The notes beneath the pieces are model-generated. The model was not told the DNA's origin, made no database searches, and saw only the letters and a program-made list of their open reading frames with translations. The translations under genes and the position numbers were made by a program. From Nostoc sp. PCC 7120 = FACHB-418 (GTDB lineage: Bacteria; Cyanobacteriota; Cyanobacteriia; Cyanobacteriales; Nostocaceae), in NCBI RefSeq assembly GCF_000009705.1, contig NC_003272.1:390001-422000 (forward strand): a stretch of 32,000 bases of DNA, written 5' to 3'. Below are positions 18,301 to 26,330 of the stretch, piece after piece; the first letter of the stretch is position 1, and every line of letters begins with the position of its first letter.

Positions 18301-20716
18301 TGATGTGCATAGTTGGAGTCGTCCCATACAAGAGGCAGATACATACTATAACAACGCCTACCAATATGGGATGGAAGCGGGAAACTGGCTAACAGTGGGC
18401 TTCATGATGATGCAGAGTGGTTCTGATCGCCTAACCTATGGTAAACATTTAGATGATCTGTATGCGATCGCTCAAAACCATGCAGCTTTTCTTCATCATA
18501 TCAAAAGCTTAGATAACCTAGATGCTTTAACAGCAGGAGTTATTCAACCAATTCGCCATCTTTTGGGGTTAACAAAAACACCCTTCACCTTTGATGATGA
18601 CAGTTTTAGTGAAGCTGAATATTTGCAAAAATATGCCAATGCTCCCTATCACTTGTCTTGGTTATATTCCGTTAAAATTCGCCATGCTTATTTATTTGAC
18701 CAAAAATCCACCTACTCTGATTTAATTCCCCAACTGAGCATGATTGAAAACACTATTTCCAGCCATGCAAAAGTCCCTTCCAGCGTTTTTTATGTGGCAT
18801 TAATGCACCTAGCTCTAGGTGAAACTGCTACCGAAGAATCTCAGCGTCAACACCATTGGCAAGCACTCCTCCCCCTAGAAGCAAGCTTAAAGCGTTGGGC
18901 AAAAGCTTGTCCAGAAAATATCCGGCACAAGTTTCTCCTCATTCAAGCCGAAAAAGCCCGGATTAAAAAACAAAAAACCAAGGCCATTGAACTTTATGAG
19001 CAAGCAATTAGCCAAGCTCAAGCAAATCAGTATGGCTACGAAGAAGCCTTAGCTAACGAACTTGCAGCTAAATTCTATCTCGACTGGGGTAAAGTAAAAA
19101 TTGCCCAAGTATATATGCAGGAAGCCTGCTACGGCTACGCCCGTTGGGGAGCCAAAGCCAAAGTTAATTACCTAGAAAAAACCTATCCCCAACTCCTCAA
19201 ACCTATTCTGCAACAGCAACGGATCAACTTCAACCCCTTAGAAACTATTACCTTTCGTGCAGCTACTTCATCCACTCACACTTCTACTACTAGTAGCACA
19301 AATATTTCCGAGATTCTGGACTTTACCTCTGTCCTCAAAGGCGCTCAAGCTATCTCTAGCTGTATTGAATTAGACGAACTCATTGCCAACCTCACCAGAA
19401 TTATCCTCGAAAACTCCGGCGCAAAAAAATCTGTACTCATTCTTCCCCAAGAAGACACTTGGCAAGTTAAGGCAATTACCTCGATTAATCAAGAGTCAAG
19501 TTCTCACACTAATATACAAACTATCCTGTCCTCACAATCAATAGACGATTGTCAAGATATTCCCGAAAAAATTATCAATTACGTGAAAAATACCCAGAAA
19601 ATCCTGATTATAGACAATTGCCAAACAGATATTCCTGGGGTAATTGGGGAATATATGCTACAGCATCAGCCAAAAAGTGTATTATGCACACCAATTATTA
19701 ATCAAGGGCATTTAGTGGGGATTCTCTACTTAGAAAATGAACTCACAAGTGAAGTATTTAATAGCGAACATCTGCAAGTAGTTAATCTACTTTCTTCCCA
19801 AGCAGCAATATCACTAGAAAATGCCAGACTTTATCAAAAAGCCCAACAAGCATTACAAGATTTACAACAAGCCCAATTACAAATTGTCCAAAGTGAAAAA
19901 ATGTCAGCACTGGGTAATTTAGTCGCTGGGGTAGCCCATGAAATGAATAATCCCTTGGGTTTTATTGCTGCTAGTCTGATACAAGCCCAACCAATCATAG
20001 CTGATATTACCGAACACTTAAAGCTCTATCAAGAGACTTTACCCAGCAAGACTAAGGAAATCAAAGACCATGCTGAAGAAATTGACTTGGAATATAGTTT
20101 AGAAGATTTGCCAAAAATGATTGAGTCGATGACAATGGCTTGTGAAAGACTCCAAAATATTAGTACTAGTCTTTGCACTTTCTCCCGTGCCGATAGAGAT
20201 TATAAAGTACCATTCAATATTCATGAAGGTATTGATAGTACAATTCTAATTTTAAAGCATCGTCTCAAAGCTAACGAACAACGTCCAGCGATTGAAGTAG
20301 TAAAAGAATATGCTGATTCACCCATGATTGAATGCTTTCCAGGGCAAATAAATCAGGTATTTATGAATATTATAGCCAATGCTATTGATGCCTTAGATGA
20401 GGCAAATATGGGACATAGTTTTGCAGAAATTCAAGCAAATCCCAACAAGATAACAATTAGAACCTTGCTAGAAGATAACCAAGTACAAATTATCATTGCT
20501 GATAATGGTAAGGGCATGAGCGAAGAAGTTAAAGCCAAGATATTTGACCACTTATTTACTACCAAAATGGTAGGAAAAGGAACGGGATTAGGACTGGCTA
20601 TAGCTCAGTCTATTGTGGTAGAAAAACATAGCGGAACACTGGGAGTAAATTCTACCCTTGGTAAAGGAACTGAATTTGTCATCACCTTACCAATTCTGGA
20701 TGAGGCTCAAAATTAG
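15302..20716 (+). CDS. Multidomain Hanks Ser/Thr kinase - AAA_16/STAND ATPase - helical repeats - GAF - histidine kinase (HstK-type)
   Basis: 1804 aa. Kinase motifs are HKDIKPANILI, DFS and SPEQ. The P-loop is GFSGIGKT and Walker B is VMFLDDLQWAD. A GAF-like region sits near LVGILYLEN. The H-box is VAHEMNNPL, the N-box NIIANAIDAL, G1 DNGKGM and G2 GTGLGL. Confidence 0.9.
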   Translation: MLSVPGYAISEELYNGSRTLVYRAVREVDCLPVVIKLLKNHYPSFSELVQFRNQYTIAKNLDYPGIIKTYSLEPLQNGYQLVMEDFGGISVKDYFANNNVASLEKFLQIAIALCDILDILYRERIIHKDIKPANILINPKTTQVKLIDFSIASLLPRETQTLINPNVLEGTLGYISPEQTGRMNRGIDYRTDFYSLGATFYELLTGTLPFPSEDAMELVHCHLAKAATLVHETNTTIPSVLSDIVNKLMAKNAEDRYQSALGLKYDLEKCLLQLQETGKIESFPIAQRDVCDRFMIPDKLYGREAEVETLLQAFERVSTGKTEMMLVAGFSGIGKTAVVNEVHKPIVRQRGYFIKGKYDQFQRNIPFSAFVQAFRDLMGQLLTESDAQIQQWKSQILAAVGENGQVIIEVIPELAGIIGQQPPIIELSGTAAQNRFNLLFQKFVQVFKTQEHPLVMFLDDLQWADSASLNLMQLLMSESGGGYLLLIGAYRDNEVTDAHPLMFSLAEIRKAQATINTITLAPLSHSSLNQLVADTLSCSSAIAQPLTQLVYQKTKGNPFFSTQFIKAIYEDGLITFNGDEGNWQCDIVGVKQSSLADDVVEFMALQLRKLPQTTQNILKFAACIGNKFDLGILAIIWEKSLTETATALWKALQEGLILPQSEVYKFYVDREIQDEVKGSQTVTYKFLHDRVQQAAYSLIPVEQKQYTHFQIGQLLLQGLSQGEQEERIFDIVNQLNMGLDVITSNEQKQELAHLNLKAGQKAKLSAAYQAAYEYCTIGMSLLSPDAWQQDYPLIYSLHRDASEAAYLCGKFDQAEALYAETLTYAQAPLDQAIIYRIQMTQYQLQGRNAEAIAIQRQSLQMLGWTMPTQPEMIQAGLDDEIATVQQFLEQHTIESILAVPKMTDPSIAEMLRILQILFYAAWLDGQSTLALLAIAKMTTLSLEYGNSDMSPFGYAGYGLIANGVFKDCATAYRFGEMAVQLCEQFDNADVRGMTNFLFAADVHSWSRPIQEADTYYNNAYQYGMEAGNWLTVGFMMMQSGSDRLTYGKHLDDLYAIAQNHAAFLHHIKSLDNLDALTAGVIQPIRHLLGLTKTPFTFDDDSFSEAEYLQKYANAPYHLSWLYSVKIRHAYLFDQKSTYSDLIPQLSMIENTISSHAKVPSSVFYVALMHLALGETATEESQRQHHWQALLPLEASLKRWAKACPENIRHKFLLIQAEKARIKKQKTKAIELYEQAISQAQANQYGYEEALANELAAKFYLDWGKVKIAQVYMQEACYGYARWGAKAKVNYLEKTYPQLLKPILQQQRINFNPLETITFRAATSSTHTSTTSSTNISEILDFTSVLKGAQAISSCIELDELIANLTRIILENSGAKKSVLILPQEDTWQVKAITSINQESSSHTNIQTILSSQSIDDCQDIPEKIINYVKNTQKILIIDNCQTDIPGVIGEYMLQHQPKSVLCTPIINQGHLVGILYLENELTSEVFNSEHLQVVNLLSSQAAISLENARLYQKAQQALQDLQQAQLQIVQSEKMSALGNLVAGVAHEMNNPLGFIAASLIQAQPIIADITEHLKLYQETLPSKTKEIKDHAEEIDLEYSLEDLPKMIESMTMACERLQNISTSLCTFSRADRDYKVPFNIHEGIDSTILILKHRLKANEQRPAIEVVKEYADSPMIECFPGQINQVFMNIIANAIDALDEANMGHSFAEIQANPNKITIRTLLEDNQVQIIIADNGKGMSEEVKAKIFDHLFTTKMVGKGTGLGLAIAQSIVVEKHSGTLGVNSTLGKGTEFVITLPILDEAQN

Positions 20717-20743
20717 GGACTTCTAGATGAATCAATTCCAAAT

Positions 20744-20808
20744 GTAGGGTGCGTCAGTGCAAAAAAACCTAACTGTACTCAGAAATTATTCATACTGACG
20801 CACCCTAC
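20744..20808. repeat. Long inverted repeat (15-bp perfect arms, 35-nt spacer) between convergent genes
   Basis: GTAGGGTGCGTCAGT ... ACTGACGCACCCTAC. It could be a bidirectional terminator or a small dispersed palindromic element. Confidence 0.55.
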
Positions 20809-20863
20809 CAAACTTTCCTCTGCTTTTACTCTTTATAAATGATTGCTATACATCCTTGGGTGA

Positions 20864-20883
20864 AGACGCGATTCATCGCGTCT
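20864..20883. terminator. Palindromic hairpin AGACGCGAT tc ATCGCGTCT downstream of rlmN
   Basis: Perfect 9-bp arms. The core resembles a short dispersed palindrome I recall from Nostocales intergenic DNA (unverified). Confidence 0.45.
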
Positions 20884-20924
20884 CTACAGATGGTTTATTT
20901 GTCGCATTCTTTTTTTTATTGGTA

Positions 20925-21992
20925 TTACCTTGATGCTTTGGTGCGTAGTTGTCCACAAGCAGCATCAGCCTCTAAACCACGAGAATAGCGGACACTCACC
21001 GCAATATGTTGTTGCTGAAGCACTGTGAGGAAAGCTTGAATACGATCGCCACTAGGGCGTTTATAATCAACTTCATCAATAGAATTATAAGGAATCAAGT
21101 TGACGTGATTTTGAAAGCCCCGCAGATGCTTTGATAGTTCTAAAGCGTGTTCTGGCAAATCGTTAACACCAGCCAGCAGGATATATTCAAAAGAAATCCG
21201 TCTTCCTGTGATAGCTACATATTCTCGACATTCAGCCAGCAAATCCTCGATGTGATAAGAGCGAGCGCTGGGAATGAGTTGTTCCCGCAGTGCTTGGTTA
21301 GGGGCGTGGAGACTCACCGCCAGAGTCACTTGTAAATGGTGTTCGGCTAATTCACTAATGCGATCGCGTATCCCTACAGTAGATAAAGTGAGCGATCGCT
21401 GTCCAATACCCACATCTTGATTTAAGCTTCTCAGTCCAGCCAAAACATTCTCAGTATTTAACAACGGTTCACCCATCCCCATGAAGACAACATGACTCAC
21501 CCGTTGCTGAAAATCTTCTTGGACAGTAAGAACTTGATCAACAATTTCATGTCTTTCTAGGTTGCGTTTGTAGCCACCCTTACCAGTAGCGCAGAAATCG
21601 CAAGCCATCGGACAACCCACTTGGGTAGAGACGCAGACAGTCAACCGCTTGTCTGTAGGGATACCCACAGCTTCCACAATTTCACCATCGCTTAGTTGTA
21701 GGAGATATTTTACAGTCCCATCCGATGCTACAGACCGATGGTGAATGGTAGAACGTCCAATGGGGACATCTGCAACAGCAGCCCGCCATTGTTTAGAGAA
21801 TACAGAGATATCAGTGAGCGATCGCACTCCCTTGTGATAAATCCAATCATGCAGCTGCTTACCCCTATAAGCAGGTTGTCCTTGCTGCTGCACCCAACTA
21901 GTTAACTCCGTGACTGAAGCGCCGAGCAGAGGGGAACAAGGTTGTTGTGGCTGAGATGATGGAGTTAGCTGGGTGACAGGCGTAGCAGACAT
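20925..21992 (-). CDS. rlmN: 23S rRNA/tRNA (adenine-C2)-methyltransferase, radical SAM
   Basis: Radical-SAM cluster motif [11 protein letters not shown], plus [10 protein letters not shown] and the C-terminal conserved Cys (DAACGQL). Confidence 0.95.
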   Translation of the reverse strand: MSATPVTQLTPSSQPQQPCSPLLGASVTELTSWVQQQGQPAYRGKQLHDWIYHKGVRSLTDISVFSKQWRAAVADVPIGRSTIHHRSVASDGTVKYLLQLSDGEIVEAVGIPTDKRLTVCVSTQVGCPMACDFCATGKGGYKRNLERHEIVDQVLTVQEDFQQRVSHVVFMGMGEPLLNTENVLAGLRSLNQDVGIGQRSLTLSTVGIRDRISELAEHHLQVTLAVSLHAPNQALREQLIPSARSYHIEDLLAECREYVAITGRRISFEYILLAGVNDLPEHALELSKHLRGFQNHVNLIPYNSIDEVDYKRPSGDRIQAFLTVLQQQHIAVSVRYSRGLEADAACGQLRTKASR

Positions 21993-22532
21993 AAGAAATC
22001 ACAAATTAATTCTGAATCTCTATCCTACAACTTTCAAAGGAAGTTAGTGGCGATGTTCAAACTTCAAAAGAAGTGCATTTTTCTGCATAGGCATCGAATT
22101 CTGGTTTTTATAGAATTAAGTGGATACCTTGCCTATTTGGATTTCTGTTCGCACAGCGTAGCGTAGCCATACTTACTTGCGTAGTTAAGACGTGGAAAGG
22201 GAAAGAGAGCAAGGAATACGAGTGGGGGGAATTTTCTGGCACACATCAAGTTACCCTAACAAAGATCAAATAGGTGTGTGATGAGACGAGTCATTGTTTT
22301 TGAATAAATATATTCTTAACATTTTGTGTATTGAGTACCATATATACTATTTGCAATGAAACTATTAGTAAAAGCACTTACATGGATACAAGGTTTAAAC
22401 ACGAACGACTTACAAGCTCCAAATAGAGACTTTAACTATATAAAACTCCAAACTTTAACAACTAATACCAGTGAGCCTAATTTTGAATATACACAGATAA
22501 TCAAACAGTTGATTACCGATAAAGAGATAAGT

Positions 22533-23216
22533 ATGGTTAGTGTTGATCAATTGATAATGACCCAAGAATCATCCACACTGGAAATTTTAGTTGTTGATGA
22601 CCACCAGTTAATTTTAAGCGGAACGCTGAATGTACTACAGCAACAATATCCAGAAGCAGCGATCGCCACAGCCAAAACAGTAGTTGAGGCGCTGACACAG
22701 ATGAGAAATTCTGCCTTTGATTTGATTGTCATGGATTTATCGATACCCGAAAAATCTGGGGCGATCGCCTATATTGATACAGGTATCAATTTGCTACAAC
22801 AGTTAATCAAGGAATATCCCCAACAGAATTTTTTGGTACAAAGTAGTTATGTCAAAGCTTTGGTCAGGATTAAACACGAAATTGATGAGCATCAAGGTGG
22901 ATTTGCGATCGCTGATAAAGGACTATGCGAATCTGAGATGATAGTTCGTGCTAATTTAGCACTACAAGGTGCAACCCACACCAAAGACATCAAAACCGGA
23001 CTGGAACTGAAGCCAGAATGGTTAGAAGTGCTGAAATTAGCTTTTGAAGAAGGCTTGACAGATATAGCAATCTGCAAACGGATTCACAGATCCGAGCGCG
23101 CTGTGCGTACCTACTGGACGAAGATTCAAGATGTACTTGGTATTTATCCAGAACCAGGAAAAAATATGCGTATTCAAACTGAAATCCGCGCTCGACAAGA
23201 AGGATTAATTGATTAG
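22533..23216 (+). CDS. NarL/LuxR-type response regulator (REC + C-terminal HTH)
   Basis: REC motifs are ILVVDDHQL and DLIVMDLSIPE. The LuxR-like HTH is EWLEVLKLAFEEGLTDIAICKRIHRSERAVRTYWTKIQDVLGI. The track ORF starts at 22356, but its first 59 aa look non-homologous, so I prefer the ATG at 22533 or 22557. Confidence 0.75.
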   Translation: MVSVDQLIMTQESSTLEILVVDDHQLILSGTLNVLQQQYPEAAIATAKTVVEALTQMRNSAFDLIVMDLSIPEKSGAIAYIDTGINLLQQLIKEYPQQNFLVQSSYVKALVRIKHEIDEHQGGFAIADKGLCESEMIVRANLALQGATHTKDIKTGLELKPEWLEVLKLAFEEGLTDIAICKRIHRSERAVRTYWTKIQDVLGIYPEPGKNMRIQTEIRARQEGLID

Positions 23217-23236
23217 TCATTAGTTATTGCTGACTT

Positions 23237-25137
23237 ATGTTCCGGCTTAATACAAGAAAAATTAAGCAAGAAATTATCATTTTGCGACAGGTAGCAATAC
23301 CTGGAATGACCGTTTTATTTATTATAATAATTGCCAGATTATCTGGATTATTGCAGGGCTTAGAATTGATATTATTCGATACTTTTCTGCGGTTGCGTCC
23401 AGCCGAAGTGTCTGACCCAGAAATAGTAATTGTCGGAATTAATGAAAATGACATTCGTAGTTTAGGAACTTACCCAATTCCAGATTTAGAAATTGCTTCA
23501 CTGATTCAAAAAATACAGAATTACAAACCCGCAGTGATTGGGCTTGATATTGTCAAAAATGTCCCAACAGAACCAGGACATCAAGAACTTACTCAAGTAT
23601 TCCAACAATATCAAAACCTGATTGGTATTGAAAAAGTTTTACCACCTGACGAATTTTCTCCACCACCAAACCTACCACCAACACAAATAGGTTTTTCTGA
23701 TGTAATAGCAGATAGAGATGGTAACTATCGTCGCTATTTACTTTTGACCGCCTCACTCCAAAATCCCCAAAATCCCCAAGATGACAAATATTCCCTAGCC
23801 CTGAGATTAGCACAAGCTTATCTAGCTACTAAGAATATCATTATAGACACAGGTAAATATAATTCTTATATTCGATTTGCTAATACAGAACTGCCTATAT
23901 TTTCTGCAAATACTGGTGGATATGTAGGAGAAAATGATACTGGCTTAAAAATGCTAGTGAATTTTCGCAGTGGTAAACAACCATTTCGATTTATTTCTCT
24001 AAATGATATTAAAAATAATAAATTCAACTCAAATTGGCTCAAGCAAAAAATAATCATCATTGGTGTAACTGCTGCTAGTAGTAATGATTTATTTAATACT
24101 TCAGCAACTGCTAGCTCAAAAATTTATGAACAAATTTATGGAGTCGAATTTCATGCTCATGTTGCTTCACAAATAATTAATGCAGTTCTCAATGGTAGAC
24201 CGTTATTACAAGTTTGGTCTGATGGTTGGGAATATTTATGGATAATGAATTGGGGAGTGATAGCAATAGCTATTGCCAGAGTGACAAAGACTTTTCGCAG
24301 AAATTTATTAGCTATTACACTAATAATATTTGGCTTAATAAGTATCAGCTACTTACTCATCTTATTAGGTTGGTGGATTCCCCTAGTACCGACTTTACTA
24401 ATTTTAGGAATTAACGGTTTGGGAATCAGTGTCTTCGCTTTTCATGAATATAGACAAGGTCAAATAAAAATACAGCTAAGTCAACACACTATAGAGCATA
24501 CGTTTACACTTATTCATAATGGCCCATTACAGACTTTAGCTAATATATTGAGGCAGGTAGGTACAGACAACTTACAAAATGATCAATTAATATTGCAGTT
24601 AGAAAAACTTAATTCTGAAATTCGCTCTATCGGTGAGTATTTAAGAATCGAAGCATTAACTCCTAATGAAAGCTTGCGCTTAGGTAGCCGTGTCAAAATT
24701 GATTTAAAAAGACCAATCCATGAATTATTTTACGAAGTATATACAAGTACTATTGCCAGAGACGATTTAGAATATTTCTATAATATTAACGTCAAAGTCC
24801 GCACATTTGAGCCTATAGATGAAAAGTACTTAAATATAGAAAAAAACAAGAGTTATGTCTATTTTTAGAAGAAGCTTTATGTAATGTGGGAAAACACGCC
24901 AAAGGTGTTAAGAGAATCGAAGCTATTGGCAAGACAGAACGAAGTTTATATACTTTGATGATTAAAGACAATGGTTGTGGATTCACTTCATTGTCTGAAA
25001 ATAAAGGGATGAAGCAACTTAGAAATATTGCTAAAAAACTGGGAGGAAATTTTAGGTGTGAATCCCTTGATCCCAAGGGGACAATCTGTGAAGTTACATG
25101 GAAATTAACAAACAATAAGAAAAACTATCTGAATTAG
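23237..25137 (+). pseudogene. CHASE2-domain sensor histidine kinase (HisKA_3-type), reading frame interrupted at an A7 run
   Basis: ORF 23237..24868 holds a TM helix, a CHASE2-like ectodomain (IVIVGINENDI, IGLDIV, FSDV..DRDGNYRRY, IIIIGVTAAS), 3 TM helices and an H-region (LIHNGPLQTLA). ORF 24886..25137 holds G1 (DNGCGF) and G2-like motifs. The frame of the second ORF is open from 24823 and reads KKQELCLFLEEALCNVGKHA (N-box) across the junction. One nucleotude shift at 24840-24846 joins them. Confidence 0.75.
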
Positions 25138-25380
25138 ATTTGATTATTGAAAATATTTAGGTATCTGTAGGTTGGGCATTGCCACCATACGTATATTTTG
25201 GCACTCAAGTATAAATCCTATATCATTATGATTTTGGTAAGCAATACTCACTTTCTATAAATCAACAAATAACAGAAATTGCTATTAAATTAGTAAAATT
25301 CACATAAATATGGTAAGATTTCACTTCTTATAGACAGAAATTTCTCCCTGTTGATCAAATTGATAACTTAGAGAAGGCAA

Positions 25381-26127
25381 ATGTCAAAAAATTTTAGCTT
25401 CACTATCAACCCCAGACTAGTAACTAGTGCTAGTCTTGGCTTATTGCTGTTTCTGACACCAGTTGCAGTGACAGCTTCTCCATCATCTAATCGCCGCCAA
25501 CCTGCAAGCGACTATAGCAGAAGCGCGGGTAAACGAGGTTGTCCCAATGACTCCAGTGAAACCATACCTCTGACAGTACTTGCACCACAGACTTATGTTG
25601 GATACACAACAGAGTTACGTCCTACTTTTGTAGGGTTTGTCTCTAGTCCTCAGAAAGTAGAGTTGCGGATTTTTGAATTTACTTCAGACAAGGAAGTTAA
25701 ACAGCTAGGTAATGCCGTACACAAAGATGTCAAATCAGGTATATTTCCAATACCCTTACCTGAAGACAATCCTGATTTAACTATAGGTAAGAAATACCTT
25801 TGGCAGTTATCGATGAGATGTTCTGGGGTGAACATAGTCGAAGCAGCAGAATTTATTGTTGTAGAAATGTCATCTACACTCAAAAGTAAATTACCCAGTG
25901 CAGCAAATGGTTTACAAAAAGCTAATATCTTTGCTGAAGAAGATTTGTGGTATGACGCATTGAATGAGGCTTTAAAGTTAGCCAATAATGGCAAACTAGG
26001 CGATTTAGGTGCAAACATAGTTAAAAGCTTTGCTAAACATGAATCCCCAAAGCCTACAGAGATTGAAAAATTAGTCCAAAAGAGAATACAATTTCTACAT
26101 AAAATCGCAGATCAAGAAAAAAATTGA
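25381..26127 (+). CDS. Secreted DUF928-family protein
   Basis: Signal peptide (LGLLLFLTPVAVTASP), then the family-typical layout: GKRGCP.., IPLTVLAPQTYVGYTTELRPTFVGFV, VELRIFEF, GIFPIPLPE, GKKYLWQLSMRC. GAGAAGG precedes the ATG. Confidence 0.75.
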   Translation: MSKNFSFTINPRLVTSASLGLLLFLTPVAVTASPSSNRRQPASDYSRSAGKRGCPNDSSETIPLTVLAPQTYVGYTTELRPTFVGFVSSPQKVELRIFEFTSDKEVKQLGNAVHKDVKSGIFPIPLPEDNPDLTIGKKYLWQLSMRCSGVNIVEAAEFIVVEMSSTLKSKLPSAANGLQKANIFAEEDLWYDALNEALKLANNGKLGDLGANIVKSFAKHESPKPTEIEKLVQKRIQFLHKIADQEKN

Positions 26128-26330
26128 GTTAAATTCTGTGTTGAAATACCTTGCTTTTGAGAGGAGTTGGCGGTACTAGTTGAATGAGAACTTCTCAGCA
26201 GTCCCAATGAAAAATTTCACAGTCATAGATGAAAGATATCTTTCCCCTAGACCCTTACACCCCTACACAATCTTTCAAGCTAGAGGTAAATAAACTATGA
26301 AAGACTACACTTAGTTTTGACTATTCCTGC

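Noticed and set aside
15789-18364. Minus-strand ORFs 15789..15983, 16229..16417, 17859..18125 and 18176..18364.
   Set aside because: They are antisense to the 1804-aa multidomain kinase gene and have no motifs.
22335-22347. GTA-N7-TAC palindrome upstream of the response regulator gene, considered as an NtcA box.
   Set aside because: NtcA sites are GTA-N8-TAC, and this spacing is one base short.
22547-24414. ORFs 22547..22732, 22892..23077, 22990..23220, 23224..23454, 23589..23813, 23866..24060 (-) and 24226..24414 (+).
   Set aside because: They are antisense or off-frame relative to the response regulator and CHASE2 kinase genes. AT-rich DNA readily yields such short open frames.
24813-25115. 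100-aa minus-strand ORF across the kinase frameshift region.
   Set aside because: It is antisense to the HATPase-encoding segment, whose plus-strand translation shows N, G1 and G2 boxes.
25650-26018. 122-aa minus-strand ORF inside the DUF928 gene.
   Set aside because: The plus-strand product has a signal peptide, an RBS and family-typical motifs. The antisense product has none.
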